A stretch of 64,000 bases of DNA from Candidatus Omnitrophota bacterium (lineage in GTDB: Bacteria > Omnitrophota > Gorgyraeia > JAHJTE01). The notes below the pieces were generated by a model. It was given only the letters and a program-made list of their open reading frames with translations, did not search any database and was not told the origin of the DNA. This document shows, piece by piece, positions 18,118 through 31,603 of this stretch; positions within the stretch are counted from its first letter, which is position 1, and each line of letters starts with the position of its first letter. The translations under genes were made by a program, and so were the position numbers. The DNA is taken from contig JBFMEB010000003.1 of assembly GCA_040753675.1 (NCBI GenBank), forward strand, positions 1,715-65,714. The letters run 5' to 3'.

Positions 18118-19055
18118 TTCTTTTTTCTTCCTTGGGCTACTAAAAACAATACAGCCATTCTGACAGCAATGCCATTAGTAACCTGTTCTAATATAACTGA
18201 TTTTGGCCCGTCAGCAACATCGCTGGCTATCTCAATGCCGCGATTTAACGGCCCAGGATGCATAACTAAGATGTTCTTTTTTGCCTTTTCCAAACGCTCC
18301 CGGGTAATGCCAAAATTCTTAAAATATTCTAATTGTTTTGGAAAGGCGTCTTGAGAATCGCGCTCAAATTGCATACGCAGAACATTTACTGCGTCGGCAT
18401 TTTTTAAGGCGTGTTCTATATCAGACGTCACAGTAACCCCCATTTCTTCTATTGCCGGTGGGATAAGCATCTTAGGAGCGCAAACTATTGCCTTGGCACC
18501 TAATTTAGTTAGGCCCCAGATATTTGAACGGGCAACGCGGGAATGCGCAATGTCACCTACAATGCTCACCGTTAAACCCTCTATACGACCAAACTTCTCT
18601 TTTAAGGTAAAAATATCTAATAGAGCCTGGGTAGGATGTTCATGCCAACCATCTCCTGCATTCACTACGCTAATATCAACGTTACGCGCTAACAAAACTG
18701 CAGCCCCGGAAAAGCTATGCCTTAACACAATTATATCTGCTTTTAATGCTTGGATGTTTCTGCCAGTATCAATTAAGGTTTCACCTTTTATTATGCTAGA
18801 GCTCTCAGCCACAATATTGATTACATCTGCAGATAATCTCTTGGCAGCCACCTCAAAAGAAACTCGCGTCCTGGTAGACGGCTCGTAAAACAAATTAACC
18901 ACTGTCTTGCCGCGTAATGCAGGGACCTTTTTAATATCTCGAGTTGAAACTTCTTTAAATGAGTCAATAGTGGTTAAGATAAATTCTAACTCTTCACGGC
19001 TTAAGTCTTCTAATCCTAATAAATCTTTTCTCGCCCATATAGACTTTTGAGTCAT
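18114..19055 (-). CDS. pyrB: aspartate carbamoyltransferase catalytic subunit
   Basis: 313 aa with STRTR and HPxQ motifs. Confidence 0.9.
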   Translation of the reverse strand: MTQKSIWARKDLLGLEDLSREELEFILTTIDSFKEVSTRDIKKVPALRGKTVVNLFYEPSTRTRVSFEVAAKRLSADVINIVAESSSIIKGETLIDTGRNIQALKADIIVLRHSFSGAAVLLARNVDISVVNAGDGWHEHPTQALLDIFTLKEKFGRIEGLTVSIVGDIAHSRVARSNIWGLTKLGAKAIVCAPKMLIPPAIEEMGVTVTSDIEHALKNADAVNVLRMQFERDSQDAFPKQLEYFKNFGITRERLEKAKKNILVMHPGPLNRGIEIASDVADGPKSVILEQVTNGIAVRMAVLFLVAQGRKKK

Positions 19056-19606
19056 TATCCGCGCTCCAATATAACTACTTCATCCTTGCCATCTATTTCT
19101 TGAAAACGCACTTCTACTGTCTCTAATAATGAAGTGGGAATGTTTTTGCCAACATAATCAGGCCGGATAGGCAACTCTCTATGACCGCGGTCAATCAACA
19201 CTGCTAACTGTATAATTTTAGGCCTGCCAAAATCTATCAACTCATCCATGGCTGCTCTGATGGTCCTGCCTGAAAATAGCACATCATCAACCAAAACCAC
19301 TCTTTTTCCCTGTATCTCGAAGTCAATTTCTGTTTTACGCACAACCGGCCCAGGACCGATCAGAGTTAAATCATCTCTGTAAAGGGTAATATCTAGAATT
19401 CCTAACGCAAGAGGATAACCAATAATCTTCCCTATTTCATTATTGATTCTTTGAGCAACATAGACTCCGCGCGTGCGAATCCCCACTAAAGATAAGTTAC
19501 CTACATCAGGTTTATTCTTCTCAATAATTTCGTTTGCCAGACGGGCAAAAATCCTAGCCATAATCTGGCTATCCATTATCTTTGCTTTTTCTTTAAATAT
19601 TTCCAT
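19055..19606 (-). CDS. pyrR: bifunctional pyrimidine operon regulator / uracil phosphoribosyltransferase PyrR
   Basis: 183 aa with the PRTase motif VLVDDVLFSGRT. Its position ahead of pyrB and pyrC supports the call. Confidence 0.9.
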   Translation of the reverse strand: MEIFKEKAKIMDSQIMARIFARLANEIIEKNKPDVGNLSLVGIRTRGVYVAQRINNEIGKIIGYPLALGILDITLYRDDLTLIGPGPVVRKTEIDFEIQGKRVVLVDDVLFSGRTIRAAMDELIDFGRPKIIQLAVLIDRGHRELPIRPDYVGKNIPTSLLETVEVRFQEIDGKDEVVILERG

Positions 19607-19630
19607 AACAAGACCTTATATTTAGCCAAC

Positions 19631-19751
19631 AAAAAACCCTTGGACTTTTTGCCTATTTCCGTTTTTGGGTTTAGGCACGTAAAAATACCAAGGGTAAGTT
19701 CGTTTATATATAGACATTTTTATATTACCTTGCCAGCCTCTCTGAGCCAGC
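19631..19751 (-). promoter_or_regulatory. PyrR-binding attenuator (binding loop plus intrinsic terminator) in the pyr leader
   Basis: The minus-strand RNA contains GCUGGCUCAGAGAGGCUGGCAAGG, matching the PyrR box CAGAGAGGCU-GCAAGG (plus 19728..19751). Downstream, a hairpin cccuugg...ccaaggg is followed by U6 (plus 19631..19694). Confidence 0.6.
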
Positions 19752-19931
19752 TTAAAGGTATTTGTCAATATAACATCCTAACAAATAGTTGTCAAGAAAA
19801 ATCCACCTGCGTACATCCTTACTGAAGAGGATTTTTCTTGATCTTGAGGAGCAGAGCGACGAAAGATCTTTTAATCTAGTTACAAAACACATTGACGGAT
19901 TGCCAATATTATTATATTATAAATTAATTAT

Positions 19932-21368
19932 ATGGTTAAATATAAATTTTCATTTATTATCGCCTTTAGCGCTCTGATAACTATTAACTCCGCCTATTAT
20001 GGCCTGGCTGCCTCTATCGATACTACAGAAGAACAAAAACTTATTGAAGAGGAAAACAGGCGGGAATTAAAAGATATTCCTATAAAGCCGCCTGTTAAAG
20101 AAAAAGTTTTCTCTCTAAGATACGGCGGATGGTTTACAACCCTTTTCAGGGATTATGCTGATTTAGATAATGATGCCGGCGTAAAAGACCTTACTTCCTG
20201 GATCTTAACTGAAGACCTAAGGCTTTGGTCGCAAATAAATTACAATAATGAATATATCCTATATGCGAGGCTTAAACACCTCTATACCCGTCGGGACATA
20301 AGCTCTCTTTCAACTAATTATCGTAGCGATTATGATGGGCCGCATTTAGATATGGCTTATCTTAATATTAATAAGCCAAAGTGGAAGGTGCCGGTTGATT
20401 TAACCGTCGGCAGACAATATCTTTTTATCGGCAGAGGCATTGCTTATAGCGATGTTAACTATGGCGTAAAATTCAAGACAAATATCGGCCGCAAGGCTTA
20501 TATTAAAAGTTTTATCTCGCAGTCTGATGAAAACGAAGACAATATCGATGAAAGCGTGCCAAATTATAAAAAAACCGGAAGCCGCCTCTTTGCTGGGGCA
20601 GAACTTGCTTATTCTGGCTTAAAGGATAATTTAATATATGGATTTGTATTGATCCAGAAGGATAAAAATCCGCGCTTCCCGCCTGAAACACCGACTCAAA
20701 GCTACCGATATAACAGCGAATATTATGGCCTGGGTTTACAAAGCATAAATCCTAAGAGTAAGTTAAGTTATTGGCTTGAAGCTATAAATGAACAAGGTAA
20801 GAGCCATACTGATACAGCTTCAGTTGATTTAGATGAAAAAAATATTAATGCCTGGGCAGTTGATGCGGGATTGAATTATAAAATTAACTTGCCGCTAAAG
20901 CCAGGATTTGAATTTGAGTATGCTTACGGCTCGGGCGACAAAGACCGCACCAGCGTCACGGATACCCGCTCAGGCGGCAACCTCTATGGAGATGACACGA
21001 ATTTCTTGTACTTTGGAAGCTTTTTTTCCGGCTATGCCCTGGCGCCACGGCTATCAAATTTGCATATCTACAAATTAGATTTTTCATTAAGGCCTTTTGA
21101 AAAAATTAAACTTTGGAAAAATATAGTCTGCGGAGTTAAATATTTTAAATACCGCAAGGATAAAAAAAGTGGCGGCATATACGATACTGAAGCTACACTA
21201 AGTAGCCTTGATGTTGGCCAAGAAGCAGATGCCTATTTTTATTGGCAAGTAAAGAAAAACATCTATTGGTCAAGTCGATTTGGCATATTCTTACCTGGTG
21301 ATGCCTACCCCTCCACAACCAACGACAACACTAAATACTTCTACAGCCGGTTAATGATAACCTTTTAA
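19932..21368 (+). CDS. putative outer-membrane beta-barrel protein
   Basis: 478 aa with a signal peptide, alternating amphipathic beta-strand pattern, an aromatic-rich sequence and a C-terminal Phe. Confidence 0.4.
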   Translation: MVKYKFSFIIAFSALITINSAYYGLAASIDTTEEQKLIEEENRRELKDIPIKPPVKEKVFSLRYGGWFTTLFRDYADLDNDAGVKDLTSWILTEDLRLWSQINYNNEYILYARLKHLYTRRDISSLSTNYRSDYDGPHLDMAYLNINKPKWKVPVDLTVGRQYLFIGRGIAYSDVNYGVKFKTNIGRKAYIKSFISQSDENEDNIDESVPNYKKTGSRLFAGAELAYSGLKDNLIYGFVLIQKDKNPRFPPETPTQSYRYNSEYYGLGLQSINPKSKLSYWLEAINEQGKSHTDTASVDLDEKNINAWAVDAGLNYKINLPLKPGFEFEYAYGSGDKDRTSVTDTRSGGNLYGDDTNFLYFGSFFSGYALAPRLSNLHIYKLDFSLRPFEKIKLWKNIVCGVKYFKYRKDKKSGGIYDTEATLSSLDVGQEADAYFYWQVKKNIYWSSRFGIFLPGDAYPSTTNDNTKYFYSRLMITF

Positions 21369-21444
21369 TAACCATTTAAAAATCAATGAGTTACAATAAT
21401 AAAATTTTTTGTTTTTCCAGCATAATTATGTTATACTTATATTG

Positions 21445-21677
21445 ACAAGAAACGTATAAGCACGAAAAGGCAAACTCTCCGTAAGGAGTAGGGCGTCAGC
21501 CACAAAGCGTGGCTGACCCTCCGAAGCTAAACACGGAGTTCGCGAAAGCGAACAAAGTTTTTTAGCGTAGGACGGGCAAAACTATAGGGCCCCGGAATTT
21601 TGAGGCAGCCAGTTACCGAATGCGAAATGTAACATTAAACCTATTCTTTACGAGAATAGGTTTTTTGTTTGAGGTAC
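21445..21677 (+). ncRNA. structured 5' leader / candidate riboswitch with intrinsic terminator
   Basis: A sigma70-like promoter (TTGTTT-17-TATACT, 21409..21437) precedes the leader. The roughly 230 nt GC-enriched leader contains GGCAAAC, a GUAA-capped hairpin, a GAAA-capped hairpin and the terminator cctattctttacgagaatagg+T6 (21640..21666) immediately before the start codon. Confidence 0.35.
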
Positions 21678-21680
21678 AAA

Positions 21681-22169
21681 ATGAAAAAGACTATTATTAT
21701 GCTAACGCTCATTATAGCTCTATTTATTACCTCCTCTAGTTATGCAGACTGGGTTGAGAGATCAGAATCTAGCTGCAATGATTTGGAGTTTTTATCAGAA
21801 GTACAACATGAAAAGCTCGCGCAACAAAAGGAAGAGAAGGAGAAATTGGAGACATTTTCATCTACTGCTGATAATGAAACATCTTCTACAAGTACTTCGA
21901 CTGCTAGTGATAACGGCAGTGACAGCGACAGTGACGGCTCAGGGAACTCTGGTGGCGGTACAGGTAGTTTAGGTGGTAGCAATGATGAAGATGAGGGGGA
22001 TGGTGGCGGTGGCACGGAAAAAGTGGGCGTGGCTTTTGAGGAAAGTACTACAGCAGGTGTCACTACTATTACTGGTATAGGCGAAACTGGTACAGATGGA
22101 ACGAAAGATGATGCTAACACAGGCTCACTTCAAGGCGATGTGAGCAACAAACTAAAAGTTCTGCAATAA
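21681..22169 (+). CDS. secreted acidic Gly/Ser/Thr/Asp-rich low-complexity protein
   Basis: Signal peptide MKKTIIMLTLIIALFITSSSYA followed by a disordered STSTSTASDNGSDSDSDGSGNSGGG region. The track ORF begins at an upstream TTG (21669). Confidence 0.5.
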   Translation: MKKTIIMLTLIIALFITSSSYADWVERSESSCNDLEFLSEVQHEKLAQQKEEKEKLETFSSTADNETSSTSTSTASDNGSDSDSDGSGNSGGGTGSLGGSNDEDEGDGGGGTEKVGVAFEESTTAGVTTITGIGETGTDGTKDDANTGSLQGDVSNKLKVLQ

Positions 22170-22192
22170 CCAAAAATAATTTCTGCTTAGAA

Positions 22193-22236
22193 AAACCATG
22201 GGCAAAATCAAATTTGTCTATGGTTTTTTATTTTTT
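22193..22236. terminator. bidirectional intrinsic terminator
   Basis: aaaaaccatgg...ccatggtttttt hairpin between convergent genes. Confidence 0.5.
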
Positions 22237-22926
22237 GCTGGTTTTGCCAATAACAATAACAAATTCTCCGCGTGACGGTGTTTTGGAAAAATGATGAAGA
22301 GACAAACTAACCTTCTCTCTTCTTATCTCTTCAAATTTTTTAGTCATTTCTCTTGCCAAGCAAATTTCTATATCTCCAAAAATCTCTAAAATATCATTTA
22401 ATGTCTTAAGAATTCTGTGTGGCGCTTCGTAAAATACAACAGTGGTTTTTAATTTTTTTAACTCTTCAAGCTGCCTCTTGCGCCGATTAGCCTTACTGGA
22501 TAAAAAGCCGCAAAAATAAAAATTATCCGAAGGAAAACCTGAAGCACTTAAAGCAGCGAGCAGGGCGCTTGGCCCTGGAATAACGCTAATATCAATGCCT
22601 GCCTCAATAGCCTGGCTTATTAGTAAAGACCCGGGATCGCTTACCCCAGGCGTGCCTGAGTCGCTAACCAAAGCACCTGACTGGCCACTTTTAAGTTTTT
22701 CTATTAATAAATTACCTTGCTGTAATTTATTATAGCTATGATAACTAATTAAAGGCTTCTGTATGTTATAGCGGCTAAGGAGCCTTGCAGTAACCCTTGT
22801 ATCTTCGCAGGCAATAAAATCAACTGACTTTAATACCTCAAGCGCACGTAAGGTTATGTCTTTTAAATTTCCTATGGGCGTGGAGACGATATAAAGAGCC
22901 ATAAAATTCCAATATCCAATATACAA
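22228..22926 (-). CDS. rsmI: 16S rRNA (cytidine1402-2'-O)-methyltransferase
   Basis: 232 aa. YIVSTPIGNLKDITLRALEVLK...CEDTR is the tetrapyrrole-methylase-fold RsmI signature. Confidence 0.85.
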   Translation of the reverse strand: MYIGYWNFMALYIVSTPIGNLKDITLRALEVLKSVDFIACEDTRVTARLLSRYNIQKPLISYHSYNKLQQGNLLIEKLKSGQSGALVSDSGTPGVSDPGSLLISQAIEAGIDISVIPGPSALLAALSASGFPSDNFYFCGFLSSKANRRKRQLEELKKLKTTVVFYEAPHRILKTLNDILEIFGDIEICLAREMTKKFEEIRREKVSLSLHHFSKTPSRGEFVIVIGKTSKK

Positions 22927-23044
22927 ATTACAAACAATATCAAAATCCCAATAATAAAATTACAAACAAAAAATATTTTTAATCATTGTTTATTTGAAAT
23001 TGTAATTTGTTTGTGATTTGGGATTTGTAAATTGTAATTTATCT

Positions 23045-24880
23045 TTATTCAACTGTTACGCTCTTTGCTAAATTCCTGGGCTGGTCTACATCACAGCCAC
23101 GACGGACCGCAATGTGGTAGGCGATTAATTGTAAGGGCATTGCCACTAAAAGCGGAGAGATTAATTCGTCAACCCTGGGAATATAGATCACTTCTTTAGA
23201 TAAATTCTTTATCTCATAATCGCGGTCGCTGGCGATAACGATAATCTTTCCCCGGCGGGAACGAATCTCCTGGATATTAGAAATCATCTTTTCATAAATA
23301 GGAGAGTTGACTGCAATACAGACAACAGCCCTATACTCATCAATCAGGGCAATGGGACCGTGCTTCATTTCTCCTGCAGCATAACCTTCTGCTGGGATAT
23401 AAGAAATCTCTTTTAATTTTAAGGCCCCTTCCAAAGCAGAAGGAAAATTTATATTTCTGCCTAAAAATAAAAATGAGCCAAAATGAGAATGTTTTTTGGC
23501 TATTGAGCGGATATGGCTGTCTGCCTTTAATAATTCCTCTTGCAAAGAGGGAATTATGCGCAAGACATCTATTAATTCTTTTGAATATTCTACTGAAACA
23601 GTTTCTTTAATATTTGCCAGGTAAATCCCTAAAAGATATAAAGATAAAAGTTGAGCAGTATATGCCTTTGTAGAAGCAACACCTATTTCTGGGCCAGCTA
23701 AGGTGTAAATTACTGCATCTGAATCCCGGGTCAGGGATGAGCCCACCACGTTACAAACCGCAAGCACCGGCGCTCCTTTATCTTTGGCAAGCCTTGCTGC
23801 TGCCAATGTATCAGCGGTCTCACCTGACTGGCTTATAGCAATAACCAGGCTATCAGCTCCTAAAACTGGCTCACAATAGCGAAACTCACTGGAAAGGCTT
23901 ACGCTGACCGGGATGCGAGTCAGTTTTTCAAATATATATTTAGCCACTAATCCAGCATGGTAGGCAGTGCCGCAAGCAATGATGTGAATTGACTGGATGT
24001 TCTTTAATTTAGACTTGGATAATTGCATCTCCTCAAAACTAACCTCGCCGGTTTCATTTATTCGGCTAGAAATAATTTGGCGGGAAACTTGCGGCTGTTC
24101 GTGTATTTCTTTAAGCATAAAATACTCAAAACCTCCCCGCTGGGCATCCGCTATATCCCATTTAATAGTAGAAGTTAACTTTGTCTTCTGGTTGCCTTTT
24201 AGGTCGCTTACTTGGATATTATCTTTGCTGATTACTGCCATTTCTCCGTCATCAAGATAAATCACTTCTTTGGTGTGATTAAGCAGCGGAGTTACGTCTG
24301 AGGCGATGAAATTAGCGCCGTTGCCCTTTCCGATGACCAGGGGCGAATTAAGGCGGGCAACAAAGATTTTATCAGGCTCATAAGAGCTAATGATTGCCAA
24401 GGCATAAGAGCCCCTTAAAGCTGCCAGGCTTAATCTTACGCTTTGAAAAAAATCTTTGCTTTCTTTAAATTTGTCTTCGATTAAATGGGCAATAACTTCA
24501 GTGTCGGTTTGAGAACTAAATTTATAATTCTTTTTTATTAACTCCTGCTTAATTTCGGAAAAGTTTTCAATAATGCCATTATGAACCAGGGCAATGGTGG
24601 CAGAATTATTTAAGTGAGGGTGGGCATTTATATTGCTGGGTTCACCGTGTGTTGCCCAACGGGTGTGAGCAATGCCAACGGTTGCTTTTGGTGTACGGCT
24701 GCGGCTCAAAAGATGTTCTAAATCTATAATTTTACCGCGCCTCTTTTTGACAAGAATCCGGGAGTTGCTTATTAGAGCGACCCCTGCTGAATCGTAGCCG
24801 CGATATTCCAGCCGCTTAAGGCTCTCCAGAAGAATTGGCTGGGCAAGCTTTTCTCCGATATATCCAACAATCCCACACAT
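23045..24880 (-). CDS. glmS: glutamine--fructose-6-phosphate aminotransferase
   Basis: 611 aa with an N-terminal MCGIVGY Ntn-amidotransferase domain, two SIS domains and C-terminal KSVTVE. Confidence 0.95.
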   Translation of the reverse strand: MCGIVGYIGEKLAQPILLESLKRLEYRGYDSAGVALISNSRILVKKRRGKIIDLEHLLSRSRTPKATVGIAHTRWATHGEPSNINAHPHLNNSATIALVHNGIIENFSEIKQELIKKNYKFSSQTDTEVIAHLIEDKFKESKDFFQSVRLSLAALRGSYALAIISSYEPDKIFVARLNSPLVIGKGNGANFIASDVTPLLNHTKEVIYLDDGEMAVISKDNIQVSDLKGNQKTKLTSTIKWDIADAQRGGFEYFMLKEIHEQPQVSRQIISSRINETGEVSFEEMQLSKSKLKNIQSIHIIACGTAYHAGLVAKYIFEKLTRIPVSVSLSSEFRYCEPVLGADSLVIAISQSGETADTLAAARLAKDKGAPVLAVCNVVGSSLTRDSDAVIYTLAGPEIGVASTKAYTAQLLSLYLLGIYLANIKETVSVEYSKELIDVLRIIPSLQEELLKADSHIRSIAKKHSHFGSFLFLGRNINFPSALEGALKLKEISYIPAEGYAAGEMKHGPIALIDEYRAVVCIAVNSPIYEKMISNIQEIRSRRGKIIVIASDRDYEIKNLSKEVIYIPRVDELISPLLVAMPLQLIAYHIAVRRGCDVDQPRNLAKSVTVE

Positions 24881-24900
24881 CGAACACCTTTAATTAAAAG

Positions 24901-24974
24901 CGACCCCAACCGGATTTGAACCGGTGTCGAGAGCTTGAAAAGCTCTTGTCCTAACCAGGCTAGACGATGGGGTC
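24901..24974 (-). tRNA. tRNA-Glu(TTC)
   Basis: Manual fold: acceptor GACCCCA/TGGGGTC, anticodon loop UUUUCAA, T-loop TTCAAAT. Confidence 0.8.
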
Positions 24975-24981
24975 AAAATTT

Positions 24982-27411
24982 TTATTCTTCTTCTGCCACT
25001 ACCGGCGCCATACAGGCAACCTTGTCTTTCGCCTCTAATTTAATCAAGCGCACGCCTTGGGCTGCCCTGCCTGTGGCGCGGATATCCTTAACGCTGCAAC
25101 GCACAATCATGCCATTTTGAGTAATGGTCATAATTTCGTCTTTGTCAGTTACAGACAATAAATTCACTGCCGGGCCATTTTTATTTGTTACCTTTATATT
25201 GATAATGCCTTTACCTGCCCTTGATTGCAGCCGGTATTCTTTCGCCGAAGTCCTTTTTGCAAAACCCTGTTCAGTCACAGTAAGGAATGTGTCTTCCTTA
25301 TCCGGAATTTCCATTGCAATAACATTATCGTTTTTGCCTACAGAAATTCCTTTAACTCCCTTGGCAGCCCTGCCCATTTCCCTGACATGTTTTTCTGGGA
25401 AGCGCACTGCCTTGCCAAGCCGGGTTGCCAGTAGAATTTCTTGTTTGCCGTCGGTAACCTTAACGCTTATTAGTTGATCATTTTTTTCTAAGGTTAAGCC
25501 GATAATTCCGCCTTTGCGCGGGTTGCTAAACGCATCCAGCCGGGTCTTTTTAATCAGGCCGTTTTTCGTAGCCATAACCAAAAATTTATCTGCGCTAAAC
25601 TCTTTAACCGGGATGCAGGCGCTTATCTTTTCTTGGCCCTTAAGCTCTAATAAATTAACTATTGCCTTGCCTTTTGACATGCGGCTTGCCTGGGGAACCT
25701 CGTGCACCCTTAGCCAAAGAACCCTGCCTGAATCTGTAAAGCAAAGGATGTAATCATGAGTGGAGGCAACAAAAAGATGCTCGATAAAATCCTCTTCTTT
25801 GACCTCTGCGCCAGTAACCCCCTTGCCGCCTCGATGCTGTTTGCGGTAACTGGAAACCGGCAATCTCTTGATGTAGCCAGTATGGCTTATGGTAATTACC
25901 ACATCTTCTTCGGCAATCAAATCTTCTATGTCTAACTCCTGGACTTCGCCAACAATCTCGGTCCTGCGTTCATCAGAATATTTTTTCTTTAGCTCTGACA
26001 GTTCTTCTTTTATGAGTGCCTCGACCTTTTTTTCAGACGCCAATATCGAACGCAAAATTTCTATTCTCTTAATTAGCTCCAGATACTCGGCCTCAATCTT
26101 ACTTCTTTCCAAGGCAGTCAAACGCTGCAATTGCATCTCTAAAATTGCCACTGCTTGCTCTTCGGAAAGCTTAAAGTTTTTCATTAACGCCTGTTTTGCC
26201 TCAGGAACGCTCTTTGATTGCTTAATCGTCTTGATTACCGCATCTAAATATTTTAAGGCGATCTTTAAGCCCTCTAAAATATGGGCTCGTTTTAATGCCT
26301 TATCTAATTCGAACTGGGTCCTGCGCCTGATAATCTCTTTTCGGTGAAGAATAAAATAATGCAGCGCCTGTTTTAGATTCAAAACTCGGGGCCGGTTTTC
26401 TACCAAAGCCAGCATAATAATCCCAAAGGTGGTTTCCATCTCTGTATGTTTAAATATTTGATTTAACACCACCTGGGATTCGGCATCGCGTTTTAACTCT
26501 ACCACAATGCGTATACCATCTTTATCTGACTCATCCCGAATATCGCTTATTCCTTCCAGTTTTTTATCTGTAACTAATTGTGCAACGGATGTGATAAGAT
26601 TTGCTTTGTTAACCTGATAGGGCAGCTCTGAGATTACAATGGAATCTTTACCGCCTTTATGTTTTTCAATCTGAGCCCGGGCGCGGACAGTTACTTTACC
26701 TTTTCCGGTTTCATAGGCCTCTTTTATGCCTTTTCTGCCGCAGATTATCCCGCTGGTCGGAAAATCTGGCCCTTTGATATGTTTCATTAAATCTTTAACC
26801 TCGCAATCAGGGTTATCGAGCAAATAAGTAACTGCGTCGCAAACCTCGCCTAAATTATGAGGTGGGATGTTGGTTGCCATGCCTACCGCTATGCCACTTG
26901 AGCCGTTAACTAAAAGATTTGGCAAGCTTGCTGGTAATAATACTGGTTCGGTTAATGAGCCGTCAAAATTAGGAGAGAAATTTACCGTTTCCTTTTCGAT
27001 ATCTGCCAGCATCTCAGACGAGATAGCAGCCATCCTTGCCTCAGTATACCTCATCGCTGCCGGAGAATCTCCATCAATTGAACCGAAATTCCCCTGACCT
27101 TCTATTAGTGGATAACGCATAGAAAAATCCTGAGCCATACGCACCAAGGTGTCATACACCGCAACATCACCGTGAGGATGGTATTTTCCTAAAGTTTCGC
27201 CCACGATACGAGCGCTCTTTTTATAGGGTTTAGTATGGTCGAGACTAAGTTCGTGCATAGCAAACAAAATCCTTCTATGCACTGGCTTTAAGCCGTCACG
27301 CACGTCAGGCAATGCCCTGCCAACAATAACGCTCATCGCATAGGAAATGTAAGAATCCTTCATTTCCTCTTCAATATAAATCGGGACTATTTTTTCGCCT
27401 TGTGTGTACAT
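24982..27411 (-). CDS. gyrA: DNA gyrase subunit A
   Basis: 809 aa with the active-site Tyr region [10 protein letters not shown] and C-terminal beta-pinwheel repeats. Confidence 0.95.
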   Translation of the reverse strand: MYTQGEKIVPIYIEEEMKDSYISYAMSVIVGRALPDVRDGLKPVHRRILFAMHELSLDHTKPYKKSARIVGETLGKYHPHGDVAVYDTLVRMAQDFSMRYPLIEGQGNFGSIDGDSPAAMRYTEARMAAISSEMLADIEKETVNFSPNFDGSLTEPVLLPASLPNLLVNGSSGIAVGMATNIPPHNLGEVCDAVTYLLDNPDCEVKDLMKHIKGPDFPTSGIICGRKGIKEAYETGKGKVTVRARAQIEKHKGGKDSIVISELPYQVNKANLITSVAQLVTDKKLEGISDIRDESDKDGIRIVVELKRDAESQVVLNQIFKHTEMETTFGIIMLALVENRPRVLNLKQALHYFILHRKEIIRRRTQFELDKALKRAHILEGLKIALKYLDAVIKTIKQSKSVPEAKQALMKNFKLSEEQAVAILEMQLQRLTALERSKIEAEYLELIKRIEILRSILASEKKVEALIKEELSELKKKYSDERRTEIVGEVQELDIEDLIAEEDVVITISHTGYIKRLPVSSYRKQHRGGKGVTGAEVKEEDFIEHLFVASTHDYILCFTDSGRVLWLRVHEVPQASRMSKGKAIVNLLELKGQEKISACIPVKEFSADKFLVMATKNGLIKKTRLDAFSNPRKGGIIGLTLEKNDQLISVKVTDGKQEILLATRLGKAVRFPEKHVREMGRAAKGVKGISVGKNDNVIAMEIPDKEDTFLTVTEQGFAKRTSAKEYRLQSRAGKGIINIKVTNKNGPAVNLLSVTDKDEIMTITQNGMIVRCSVKDIRATGRAAQGVRLIKLEAKDKVACMAPVVAEEE

Positions 27412-27590
27412 CTACTCCTCGCTTTCGCTCGTCGTAATTACAAATTTCAAATATTACCAAATCCCAAAACAAATCCAAAATCCTAAACAAACACCCAAAA
27501 ATAAAAGATAAATAATATAGCCTATTTTAGTTGGGATTTTGAAATTGGGATTTATTTGGTAGTATTGGTAATTGGAATTTTGTCATTTTG

Positions 27591-31280
<3,690 letters not shown>

Positions 31281-31294
31281 TTATTCCTCCATAA

Positions 31295-31597
31295 TTATCT
31301 GCGCTCGTCTGCGATTTTACCAATACGTAATCTGATATCTCTAAGCTCGTTGTCTATCTTTTTAAGTTTATCTAAGACCTGTGCTTTTTTTAAGCGCAGC
31401 ATATACATCCAGGCTGAACTGTCAACATTAATTATCAAGATACCATTTCTTAGTTGAACCGGTTCGGAGTGTTTAGCACAAGAGTTACCTACTAAATTTT
31501 TCCATTTATCTAATATTTTTTTTGTCGTATTGTGCTGGCCTAAATTTATCCGTTTGATTATATTTTGGATTGATTCAGGCTGTTGTTGTATATGCAT
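31295..31597 (-). CDS. DUF721 (RemB/DciA-like) protein
   Basis: 100 aa basic protein between dnaN and gyrB. This is the conserved position of yaaB/remB (DUF721) in Firmicutes-like origin regions. Confidence 0.4.
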   Translation of the reverse strand: MHIQQQPESIQNIIKRINLGQHNTTKKILDKWKNLVGNSCAKHSEPVQLRNGILIINVDSSAWMYMLRLKKAQVLDKLKKIDNELRDIRLRIGKIADERR

Positions 31598-31603
31598 ATT
31601 ATC

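Noticed and set aside
17600-18163. 187 aa plus-strand ORF inside pyrC, and many other 60-150 aa ORFs antisense to large genes (for example 2055..2300, 3196..3495, 25124..25477, 25889..26347, 46664..47545, 56414..56842)
   Set aside because: They are fully embedded antisense to well-supported conserved genes with no RBS or start context. The long one at 46664..47545 is Ser/Thr-rich antisense to the trkA genes.
21445-21677. Confident naming of the leader as a GEMM/c-di-GMP-I riboswitch, or as SRP, tmRNA, RNase P or 6S RNA
   Set aside because: Only partial motif resemblance to GEMM (GGCAAAC, GNRA hairpin, CAAAGC, CUAAAC). The GGAAGCAGC SRP motif, tmRNA tag frame and RNase P P4 sequences are absent. 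The class is left open.
21740-22120. 126 aa Pro/Ser-rich antisense ORF
   Set aside because: It is the mirror image of the low-complexity secreted protein gene on the plus strand and has no independent signals.
24881-24900. glmS ribozyme upstream of glmS
   Set aside because: Only 20 nt separate glmS from tRNA-Glu, and no GlmS ribozyme core sequence is present.
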